Shown: piece by piece, positions 9,276 to 17,919 of the stretch
Layout of the letters: each line of letters starts with the position of its first letter
Numbering within the stretch: position 1 is the first letter of the stretch
Origin: Octopus sinensis
Lineage: Eukaryota
Assembly: GCF_006345805.1 (NCBI RefSeq)
Contig: NW_021824555.1
Span: forward strand, 1-17,919
DNA length: 17,919 bases
Direction of reading: 5' to 3'
Translations under genes and position numbers: made by a program
Notes under the pieces: model-generated
Told to the model about the DNA's origin: nothing
Databases searched by the model: none
What the model saw: the letters and a program-made list of their open reading frames with translations, nothing else

Positions 9276-9704
9276 TTCGAAACGCAGAGTAGATGAAACC
9301 ATGGCGACTGAAGAAGGTCAATTTTCCTTGTGTTATTTGTCCTGTACTCTATTCTTTCATTGTTTAAGAAAAATTTCCAGTTCTTTGGTTTTGTGTTTAT
9401 GTTTTCGTTTCTCATTGTGTTTGGCGTTTTTTTTTTGTGTCCTGCATCCATATATGTATGTATATATACATGTAGAGGTAGGTACGTACATATATGTATT
9501 ATATATGCATATGTTTTATTTATTAATTAATTATATGACGGAACGCACGCATCCATTTCTAAGTAAGATCTTTCTATACATATATATATATTAGTATAGT
9601 ATTTTTATATTATATTTATATATTATATATGTAAGCATGTTGGTACAAACAGGAGAAACAGAACTCAAAATATGAGTATATATGTATATTTTTATCAATA
9701 TGTA

Positions 9705-10083
9705 GGAGAAGCAATGGAGTGACTCAAGATCTAAGACTGCCATAAAAGAAGTCAACTGTGGCAAAGCCCCGGGAGCAGATGGAATTTTTGCAGAACTGTA
9801 CAAGAGCTTGATATTACAGCTTTTAGTGCATCATGTCATCATTCTATTCATTTGGGAAGTAGTCTTTCGGGATTCCACAACAATTACACTCTACAAGAAC
9901 AAAGGAGCCAAAACACAGTGGCACTTACAGGGGTTTTCCCCTGTTTTATATAAGTGGAAAAATCCTAACCCGCATCACTAGCGTCTCCGAGGGCAACTTG
10001 CCTGAAGCCCAGTATGGATTCCATCTTGGTGCTTTCTGTGTGTCAGGTCAAGGAGAAAAGTATCGAACAAAAGATGTTCTTGA
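9705..10083 (+). mobile_element. RTE (BovB-like) LINE reverse transcriptase, N-terminal piece A
   Basis: KTAIKEVNCGKAPGADGIFAELYK (from 9733) ... ITLYKNKG ... YRG ... GKILTRI ... SEGNLPEAQYGF ... QVKEKSIEQKM, with frameshifts. This matches RT domains 0-2 of RTE ORF2 and stops just before FIDLTKAFD. Confidence 0.9.
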
Positions 10084-10136
10084 CCCAGTGATTTGTTTTG
10101 TTTTGGTTTTGGTTTTGTTTCTTTACAGTTCTTTAC
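10084..10136 (-). mobile_element. Mariner relic 2, segment 3' of the SINE insertion
   Basis: The minus strand CTGTAAA-[CAAAA-type repeats]-AAATCACT resembles DCKNHL interrupted by a microsatellite. It is collinear with the 10970-11445 piece and with 17789 onward. Confidence 0.45.
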
Positions 10137-10139
10137 ATA

Positions 10140-10969
10140 GGCGCAGGAGTGGCTGTGTGGTAAGTAGCTTGCCTACCAACCACATGGTTCTGGGTTCAGT
10201 CCCACTGCGTGGCATCTTGGGCAAGTGTCTTCTGCTATAGCCTCGGGCCGACCAATGCCTTGTGAGTGGATTTGGTAGACGGAAACTGAAAGAAGCCTGT
10301 CGTATATATACTCTTTTTACCTGCTTCAGTCATTTGACTGCGGCCATGCTGGAGCACCGCCTTTAATCGAGCAACTCGACCCCGGGACTTATTCTGTTGT
10401 AAGCCCAGTACTTATTCTATCGGTGTCTTTTGCCGAACCGCTAAGTAACGGGGACATAAACACCCCAGCATCGGTTGTCAAGCAATGCTAGGGAACAAAC
10501 ACAGACACACAAACACACACACGCATATACATATATATATATATACATATATACGACGGGCTTCTTTCAGTTTCCGTCTACCAAATCCACTCACAAGGCT
10601 TTAGTCGGCCCGGGGCTATAGTAGAAGACAGTTGTCCAAGGTGCCACGCAGTGGGACTGAACCCGGAACCATGTAGTTGGTAGACAAGCTACTTACCACA
10701 CAGCCACTCCTGCGCCTATATGTATATATATATATATGTGTATGTATATGTTTGTGTGTCTGTGTTTGTCCCTCTAGCATTGCTTGACAACCGATGCTGG
10801 TGTGTTTTCCTCCCCGTCACTTAGCAGTTCGGCAAAAGAGACCGATAGAATAAGTACCGGGCTTACAAAGAATAAGTCCCGGGGTCGATTTGCTCGACTA
10901 AAGGCGGTGCTCCAGCATCGCCGCAGTTAAATGACTGAAACAAGTAAAAGAGTAAAGAGTAAAGAGAGT
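10140..10969 (+). mobile_element. SINE family A (host copy) split by a nested copy
   Basis: Head/body at 10140-10303 and tail at 10745-10969 are in the same orientation. The nested element sits in the internal (TA)n linker. Confidence 0.92.
10311..10716 (-). mobile_element. Full-length SINE family A nested antisense in the host copy
   Basis: Complete reverse-complement copy (tail 10311-10510, head ending at 10716), flanked by TA repeats. Confidence 0.93.
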
Positions 10970-11445
10970 CCTCAAAAGAATTGAGGTTATTCCTGAGAGT
11001 ACGTTGGTTGTGGTGTGACATTCCAGCGAGACAGTAAAAATGATCTGCCGGATTTGCAAGGACACATGAGACCTAGCGTTGTCCAGAACGGAGACACCGC
11101 TCTTTCAATTGGTTAGTTCTGGATGTTATTCACCAATTGCCTCCTTTAATTCGTCTCTTTAATATACAACAATAATTGTTTGAATTGAACGTCTGATTTT
11201 GCGGAAGGAGTTCATACTACACAATGCCTTTCTAACCCACCAGATACAGAGCAACATGTTTCTCCATATAGTGACGGGCTTCGGAGCGATTAAAGTTGAA
11301 GTATTTTATATCGATTGTAATTCTTCCTTAAATACGCCTGACCTTGAACCAAACGTTAAACTCTATTTTAGAAACAGATTACTGGAATAGCCAGAAGAGA
11401 ACACGAATTTCACATAATAATTAACCTTTTTCATTTAAATTCATT
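10970..11445 (-). mobile_element. Mariner transposase relic 2 (main part)
   Basis: The minus strand reads PKP..MLLCIWW (11237-11251), then GIV*YELLPQNQTFNS, YC..DELKEAI, GE*HPELTN*K..DNARSH (11066-11083) and WNVTPQPTYSQE, matching mariner PKP..VMLCVWWD.KG.IYYELL..NQTINS..HDNARPH..WDVLPHPPYSPD. A weaker N-terminal similarity (HFRYL) may extend it to about 11545. Confidence 0.85.
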
Positions 11446-11641
11446 TTGTTTTATTTTATAATTTTATTTCCATTCTTTCTTACCAAGAAGATAAATTCCA
11501 ATATTAAATACCGGAAATGCTATTTTATTTCATCGGAATTTCATATTTTTCAAATCAATTTTATATATCTCTATCGAGAAATAGAATTACAACAAAAGGA
11601 CAAAAATTAAGCTCATAACAAAAGCAACACTTAAATAATAA

Positions 11642-11649
11642 TCATAACC

Positions 11650-11727
<78 letters not shown>

Positions 11728-11733
11728 TGATGA
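11642..11733. repeat. (AAT)n microsatellite
   Basis: Directly visible. Confidence 0.95.
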
Positions 11734-12009
11734 TTATCGTCATTGTTATGAATAACCTTTGCAATATTAATAATTCTCTTACTACTAAAAAACAAAGAAT
11801 ATCTTCAAAAATTCTAGGTATGGAATTGGTTAGCTATACCGATAGTCTGATAAATACATGTTCTTCATTTTCGTTATTTTTGTTCTTTCAAAACATGTGT
11901 TGTGTTTTTAATTGTGACTCGACTCGAAATAAAAGTATTTAACTACATAACTTTTGATCAATTTATTTCAAAAATTTTAAGATTTAAGTATAATTACAAC
12001 GCGACGTAG

Positions 12010-12527
12010 ATTGCTTCTTCCTCTCTTTCTCAAATGCTCCTTTCCTATTTCTTAACCATGCTTCCTTGTTTCTGTCTCCTCTGTTAACCGTTCTGTCTGT
12101 GCCTTCTTCTCACTCTTCTCCTCTTTCGTCCCCTCTCTCCCCTCTCTGTCCTTTTCTCTTTCAGAACACACACACATATAGGCACATCCATTCATACACA
12201 CAGTACCCATACCTATATATATGTGTATATATATACATACGTACATATATATACCTGTAAGTATATAATATATATATATATAATATATAATATATATATA
12301 TATAGAGACAAATATACACACATATATATATATATATATATATCTATATTATATACATATATATATAGATAAACAGATATATACACACACACACACAACA
12401 CACACCATATATATATATATATATCTATACACACACATATATATATATATACACACACAATACACACACATATATATAGATATAATATATATATCCTGTA
12501 AGTATATAGAAATAATGTATGTATGTG

Positions 12528-12575
<48 letters not shown>

Positions 12576-12620
12576 GCTTGTGAATTGTATGCGTGTGTGA
12601 GAGTGTGAGTGTGTATGTTT
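12010..12620. repeat. Pyrimidine-rich tract followed by a long degenerate (TA)/(CA) microsatellite
   Basis: Directly visible. It explains the YI/CV-rich spurious ORFs. Confidence 0.9.
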
Positions 12621-13348
12621 ATACATTTGTTTTAATTAAATACACCTCGTGTATAGAATCATTTTCTAAGGTCTTAGAATACAATACAATTAAATGTGAA
12701 TTATAAACTTCCATAAAATCTTTACTCTTCAACTGAACTTATTTCAAATTTAATTATATAGCCAACAGGATTGGAAAATTTCCTCTTTGAAATTTTGGCA
12801 TACATTTTTATTTATATTTATTCCATTTAAATTTAACTTATTTTCCAATATTTTATTTTGTATTCTTTGTTTCTGCGTTGGAATTGTTGTTTTTCTTCTG
12901 CTCTTTCCTTAGCTTAAGGTTATAGCCATTTTGCAGCAGAACAAGAATGAATTAAGCGATAAATAATTTTGTTAGTATAAAGTCTTTAAAAGCTCCAACG
13001 TTCGCTGTGGAATTGATTCAATGCTGGTCTGTACAAATTTGTGAACTTGATAATTGATAGCATTGGGAAGATTTAACATTTTGTTGCTAAATTTTAAACA
13101 AAATAAGACAAAATTCTAAATACGTAGAAGGACATAGAAAACTTGTCCTTATATCAGGCGTTAGATATTTTGACATCTGCTAATAACATTTCGGTTTTGT
13201 GTAACACAAAACAAAACTTGCTGAACACTGTAGGTGCATTGTCTTTGTTTAAGCGTCTTGAACAGTTTCAAACCCGTAACGACGCCTCGATATTTGAAGA
13301 GCAAAAGAGCACGTATTTATATAACAGATTTCTTTTGTTTTATTGCAG

Positions 13349-13651
13349 ACTAGCAGTATTGCCCGGCGTTGCTCGGGTTTGTAAGGGAAATAACTATATA
13401 AGCATTTTTAGAGAGTTACTTCCCTTATATAATAGCAAAAATGCATTAAAAATGGGAAAAAATGATGGTAATTTTTTTTTTTAATCGTAGACTCATCGTA
13501 GACGCGCGCTAATACTCAGAAGGGCTTGATATGAATCACGACTATAAGGTACCCGCTTTTGGTTAAACTGCACCGCAAAATGTGGGAGTAGTTAGGAATC
13601 TAAATCGTAGGAGACAGACACTCACACAACTTCACTTTTATATATAAAGAT
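13349..13651 (+). mobile_element. Non-autonomous Helitron-like element (Lep1/HINE-type termini)
   Basis: It starts ACTAGCAGTATTGCCCGGCGTTGCTCGGG, with a subterminal CCCG..CGGG hairpin, and ends CACAACTTCACTTTTATATATAAAGAT. This end architecture is typical of Lep1-like Helitrons. It has no coding capacity. Confidence 0.65.
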
Positions 13652-13835
13652 ATTGCCATACTCGGCTGGACTTGTGTGTTTATTATTCATGGCTTCCTGG
13701 GTTCCAACGTCATTAACATTTTTTTAGCCCTTTGCCTTTTTTTTATCGTCGGTGTTGCTGTTATTAGCCAAGTAATAGTGTCGATTTAATCGACTGAACC
13801 CTTCCCTAAATTTACGCTCCTGTATTATATTAGAA

Positions 13836-13894
13836 ATAACGACGACGACGACAACAACAACAACAACAACAACAACAACACTAATAGAAAAAGA

Positions 13895-13938
<44 letters not shown>

Positions 13939-13950
13939 AAAGAAGAAGAG
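13836..13950. repeat. Compound trinucleotide microsatellite (GAC)n(AAC)n(AAG)n
   Basis: Directly visible. Confidence 0.95.
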
Positions 13951-13989
13951 GCTCGGGGTGAGCCAGAAAACTACATAAAAATGCAACGG

Positions 13990-14235
13990 TGTGTGTATGC
14001 ATTCATGTATGTATGTATGTATGCATGTATGTATGCTTGAATGTATGAATGTATTTATGTACGTGTGTATGGTGGTAGGTAATTATATATGTATATAAGT
14101 ATGTAGGTAGGTAGGTTGCTATCTGTATATTTATATACATATATACATACATACATGCATACATGTATGTGTTTATGTATTACTATACACACATATTAAA
14201 TATATGCATATACACATACATACACACACATACTT
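13990..14235. repeat. Degenerate (TATG)/(CATA) microsatellite
   Basis: Directly visible. Confidence 0.9.
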
Positions 14236-14503
14236 ATGTAAAGAAATGAGAGAAAATGGAATGAACGAATTATTTAAAATCACTACAATTGATTCGACAG
14301 ATTCTCACACCTGTAGTTCATAGGTGAGATGCCGTGCAGTCATTATCTTACATCCCAGGTGTAGGATGCGCCTCTTCAGGTGATTGCTTAAATAAGTTGC
14401 TCGTTAGACACTCTCGCCATTTCAATCTGTTTTATACTGTATACCAAGATGGATGTGTTAATTCTAGCAGCTCACAGATAAAACCAAAACCATAGATACA
14501 CCC

Positions 14504-14540
<37 letters not shown>

Positions 14541-14731
14541 ACACACACACACACACATCCATTTTTTCGTTCTCTCGCCATTTTTGTCTCCTTATCCCTT
14601 TCGGTCGAAGACCGTAGACTCAAAACTTTAAAGACTTTTGCATGCTTTCTGTGCGTCAACATAATACACTTGCTTATTGTTCTCTCACGTAACTTCGCCT
14701 TTTTTTTCTGTAAATTTGAACATGCATGAAA

Positions 14732-14962
14732 GGCGGCGAGCCGGCAGAAACGTTAGCACGCCGGGCGAAATGCGTAGCCGTATTTCGTCTGCCGTTACGT
14801 TCTGAGTTCAAATTGCGTCGAGGTCGACTTTGCCTTTCATCCTTTCGGGGTCGATGAATTAAGTACCAGTTACGCACTGGGATCGATGTAATCGACTTAA
14901 TCCGTTTGTCTGCCCTTGTTTGTCCCCTCTGTGTTTAGCCCCTTGTGGGTAGTAAAGAAATA
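14732..14962 (+). mobile_element. Monomeric SINE family B
   Basis: Head GGCGGCGAGCCGGCAGAAACG, B-box-like GAGTTCAAAT and tail ending GTAAAGAAATA. A probable TSD ACATGCAT lies at 14720-14727 and 14970-14977. Confidence 0.93.
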
Positions 14963-14992
14963 TATATATACATGCATATAAATATATATTAA

Positions 14993-15319
14993 CCGGCCGC
15001 CTAAACGTTTTTCTGCCAAATAGGGGTAGCTTATCCTTACATTTGAGAATTTAAAATCACTTCTTTAACTTTCTAAGACATCTCAACGCTTCTAAAGCAA
15101 ACTTCCTTTGTTTACGTTCATCGTAATTTGAATTTAACGCATGATAGCGTCTCATAAAGCGAGATTTCTATTTATCTTAAATTTGCAGAGGAATTTGTGG
15201 TGTTGGCGGTTTAGCTTAATGGTTCAGAGCACCACGACGCGTAACCACTGAGTTGTGAGTTCGTGTCTCATAGCCAGCCGCCAACACTTCTTTTCTGCAA
15301 AATACGGGTAGCTTATCCT
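14993..15319 (+). repeat. Tandem duplication with ~281-bp period (45-bp diverged direct repeats)
   Basis: CCGGCCGCCTAAACGTTTTTCTGCCAAATAGGGGTAGCTTATCCT (14993-15037) versus CCAGCCGCCAACACTTCTTTTCTGCAAAATACGGGTAGCTTATCCT (15274-15319). Confidence 0.85.
15200..15294 (+). ncRNA. Pol III type-2 small RNA-like unit (tRNA-like or vault-RNA-like; may be a pseudogene)
   Basis: A 12-bp terminal stem (15200-15211 with 15276-15287), A box TAGCTTAATGG (15212-15222), a D-like stem, a T-arm GTGAG-TTCGTGT-CTCAT (15255-15271) and a TTCTTTT terminator. The anticodon stem is unpaired. Confidence 0.45.
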
Positions 15320-15374
15320 GTTCAGGCTATATTATTAGCATTATCCTGCGCTTGATTATTATTATTATCATTAC

Positions 15375-16013
15375 TTCTTTTTTCTTCTTTCAAATTTGCT
15401 TCCATTTCTTGCCGAGTGTCTTCCCGACTCCTAGGGCAAAGAAACTCATAGTATACATTGGTAGGCCATTAAACCAAACTCAATAGTTCGTTCATTAAAA
15501 AAAATTTTTTTTTAAGTTAAATTAAATACATGAGCAGCAACAGTTCTCACATCGACAATGCTCTTCTCAATACGTGTGATGTACCAGTTAAGACAATCTT
15601 TTGCACTTCTTGCAGGGATGGTAAGCCAGGGATCATTCTCATATAATTTTCGGTTCCCTTCTTGATCATTCCTAGTGCTCCTACGATCACTGGTATTGTA
15701 ACCGCCTGAGATGCCACAATTTTCTCAATTTCAATGAGTAGGTCTTTATATTTTCTGAGCTTGTCAAACTCTTTCGCTGAGATGTTATGATTACAGGGGA
15801 TGCTCATGTCGATCAATAAGCAAACTTTATTGTTTTGGTCTTTCACAACAATATCTGGTTTATTGGCCTTGATGGTTCGGTCTGTATGTACTGGAAAGTC
15901 CCACAGAATGGTTACATTTTCTCCTTCAGTTACAGCCTCAGGGTGGTGATTATACCACTTGTCGGCAGTTTTGATATTGTAATGCCTACTTATTAGCCAG
16001 TGTAGATATTGGC
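15375..16013 (-). mobile_element. 5'-truncated R4/Dong-type non-LTR retrotransposon (restriction-like endonuclease domain plus 3' UTR)
   Basis: Open frame 16011 to 15547: QYLHW..KWYNHHPEAVTE..TILWDFPVHTDRTIKANKPDIVVKD..LIDMSIP..KEFDKLRKYKDL..TIPVIVGALG..LQEVQKIVLTGTSHVLRRAL*. This is a PD..D-type RLE C-terminus. (TAA)n tracts lie on both sides. Confidence 0.92.
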
Positions 16014-16014
16014 G

Positions 16015-16032
16015 TTATTATTATTATTATTA

Positions 16033-16090
<58 letters not shown>
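16015..16090. repeat. (ATT)n microsatellite, 5' flank of the R4/Dong copy
   Basis: Directly visible. Confidence 0.95.
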
Positions 16091-16096
<6 letters not shown>

Positions 16097-16103
16097 GTAC
16101 ATA

Positions 16104-16271
16104 GGCGTAGGAGTGGCTGTGTGGTAAGTAGCTTGCTTACGAACCACATGGTTCCGGGTTCAGTCCCACTGCGTGGCATCTTGGGCAAGTGTCTTCTACT
16201 ATAGCCTCGGGCCGACCAAAGCCTTGTGAGTGGATTTGGTAGACGGAAACTGAAAGAAGCCCGTCGTATAT

Positions 16272-16310
<39 letters not shown>

Positions 16311-16526
16311 ATGTTTGTGTGTCTCTGTTTGTCGTCCCACTAACGTCGCTTGACAACCGATGCTGGTGTGTTTACGTCTCTGTAACTTAGCGGTTCGGCA
16401 AAATAGACCGATAGAATAAGTACTAGGCTTACAAAGAATAAGTCCTGGGGTCGATTTGCTCGACTAAAGGCTGTGCTCCAGCATGGCCACAGTCAAATGA
16501 CTGAAACAAGTAAATGAGAAATGAGA
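16104..16526 (+). mobile_element. Full-length SINE family A
   Basis: Same head, central domain, linker and tail as the 8169 copy. Confidence 0.95.
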
Positions 16527-16584
16527 TATATTATACTACATTATATTACATACATCCTATCTTATTTGTTTTGATAAAATATGA

Positions 16585-17788
16585 CAGGTCAAAACTGGAA
16601 GAACACGGGGGTTCACAGATGTCGCAGCGACAGTCTGTTGATCGGACTGAGGCGGATGCTGCCATGTGACGTCTTTCTCTGGATCATTGAGACGCTAACG
16701 CCGGTCCTCTTCGAAGGCAGCTGTTGCTCGTGTGGTGAGAGACCGCCACGCTGATCTAACTGCGGCAGGGTCTACCGCTCCAGTTGATGTTATTTTTCAG
16801 AGTGTCTTTGTAGTTCAGGTTACGACTTCCTCGTTTGTGTGAGCTCTGCATGATCTCGCAGTACAATAGCGGTCAGTTTTAAAGCATTCTGATGACATTA
16901 TCAGTCCAGCGTAACTGAGCCTTCAGCAACATTGATTCAATATTCGTTGAACATGCTCTGTGCAATACTTTATAGGTTTGTCACATTGTCCTGCCAGCAA
17001 ATGTCCTTGTGTGAAACAGTTCCAGTGTTTGATTTGCCGACGTCCATAAAGTAGTGTAGCGATGGCTTCATCCTTGTAGATCTTGAGCTTTGTCGATAGT
17101 TTGATACCTTTCTACTGGTGAACTTTCACTTTCAGTGTTCCAAGTGATTGGCTGGCCTTGTGGATTCTGAATAAAATTTTGCTGTCTAATGATCCATCAA
17201 CAGAGATTGTGTTGCCAAGGTACTTGAAACTTTCCACACACTTAAGCTGGACTGCTTCAATGGTGATATTTGGTTTGGGGTGAATTTTGTTCGAGGCCGC
17301 TTGAAGTAGAACCTCAGTTTTCTCAAGGCTCGTGGTCAGTTCAAAGAGACTTGATGCTTTTGCAAAGCGATCGACAATGGTCTGCAAGTGATTTTCCTTG
17401 TATGCCATAAAGACACAGATATATGCAAAACAGGAATTCCGCGATGAGTTTCCACTGACTTGGTTCGAGCAGAGAGTCAGCGGAGGTTAAAAACAGAGCC
17501 GTCTTAGCGATATTTAAGGCATGTGCACAGGTCTAGGTCTTTCACTGAGTAAAATACGCCCTGTGTGAAGAACAAGTTGAGCAAGACGGGAGCGAGTACG
17601 CAGACCTGTTTCACACAATTGGAGTTGTTGAAAGAGTTGGTGTAATCGCCATTGCAACGAATTTGACCGGCCATATTCTTAAGAAAGTGTCTTATCAGTG
17701 TGGTGAACTTATGTGGGCAACCAAGCTTAGTTAGGATGGGCCAGAAATCTTCTCTGTCGACTTGTCTACAGCTTTGGTCAGTTCATGA
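16585..17788 (-). mobile_element. RTE (BovB-like) LINE, piece B: RT C-terminal half to the 3' end
   Basis: The minus strand reads ELTKA..VDREDFWPILTKLGCPHKF..VKQVCVLAPVLLNLFF..YR*DGSVFNLR..LQTIVDRFAKA..KTEVL..FKYLG..RIHKASQSLG..GIKLSTKLKIYK..WQDNV..LLKAQLRW..YKDTLK..CRCDIC, with many stops and frameshifts. Confidence 0.93.
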
Positions 17789-17919
17789 TCAAGAAAGATT
17801 TCTGGGAGGATAGAATCAAGAAGCTACTTCAAAGATGGCAGAATGTAGTGGAACGAAATGGGACATATATGGATGAATACAGGTATCTTTTATCATTTAT
17901 ATTTCATTTGCTTCATTTA
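17789..17919 (+). mobile_element. Mariner transposase C-terminus and 3' region
   Basis: From 17791: KKDFWEDRIKKLLQRWQNVVERNGTYMDE, matching the mariner end (FWEDGIMKLPQRWQKVVEQNG.Y). Confidence 0.8.

Noticed and set aside
9274-9329. Hammerhead-ribozyme-like words GAAAC (9279-9283) and CTGAAGA (9308-9314) in permuted order, bounded by CCTT, at the start of a probable interspersed repeat (9275-9450)
   Set aside because: Stem I does not pair next to the core, and stem II lacks a proper 10.1-11.1 pair because GAAGG/CCTTC would sequester core bases. A search of the family consensus with Rfam hammerhead models would be needed to revive it.
9171-11134. Direct repeats first read as LTRs or pseudo-LTRs enclosing a 1.9-kb element
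   Set aside because: The repeat is internal mariner coding sequence that is in frame with its flanks at 11026-11134. There are no TG..CA ends, PBS or PPT.
12960-13310. Possible Tc1-like remnant on the minus strand (DNAPT..SKF; IESIPQR)
   Set aside because: Only two short degenerate motifs are present and the SPDLNPIE motif is not convincingly there, which is too weak to call.
13341-13656. TATTGC on both sides of the Helitron-like element as a possible TSD
   Set aside because: It is offset by 2 nt on the left, the same word occurs inside the element, and Helitrons normally make no TSD.

Overview
AT-rich, microsatellite-dense eukaryotic DNA with no recognisable host exon. It is most likely intronic or intergenic DNA from an octopus-type cephalopod, inferred from recalled SINE families and not verified by search. 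It is built from layered transposon relics: several tRNA-derived SINE families (some with target-site duplications, one as a 184-bp trimer, one nested inside a copy of itself), decayed RTE LINE and mariner fragments, a 5'-truncated R4/Dong-type RLE retrotransposon lying in a (TAA)n tract, a Helitron-like non-autonomous element and a foldback MITE. Two signals stand out. (1) A probable ~7.7-kb inversion (about 10084-17788): its two breakpoints split an RTE and a mariner reciprocally and carry a 7-bp inverted microhomology. (2) A compact Pol III-type unit at 15200-15294, with a 12-bp panhandle, A and B boxes and an oligo-T terminator, duplicated in tandem; it could be a tRNA pseudogene, a SINE head or a vault-RNA-like gene. 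All translations and alignments were done by eye.
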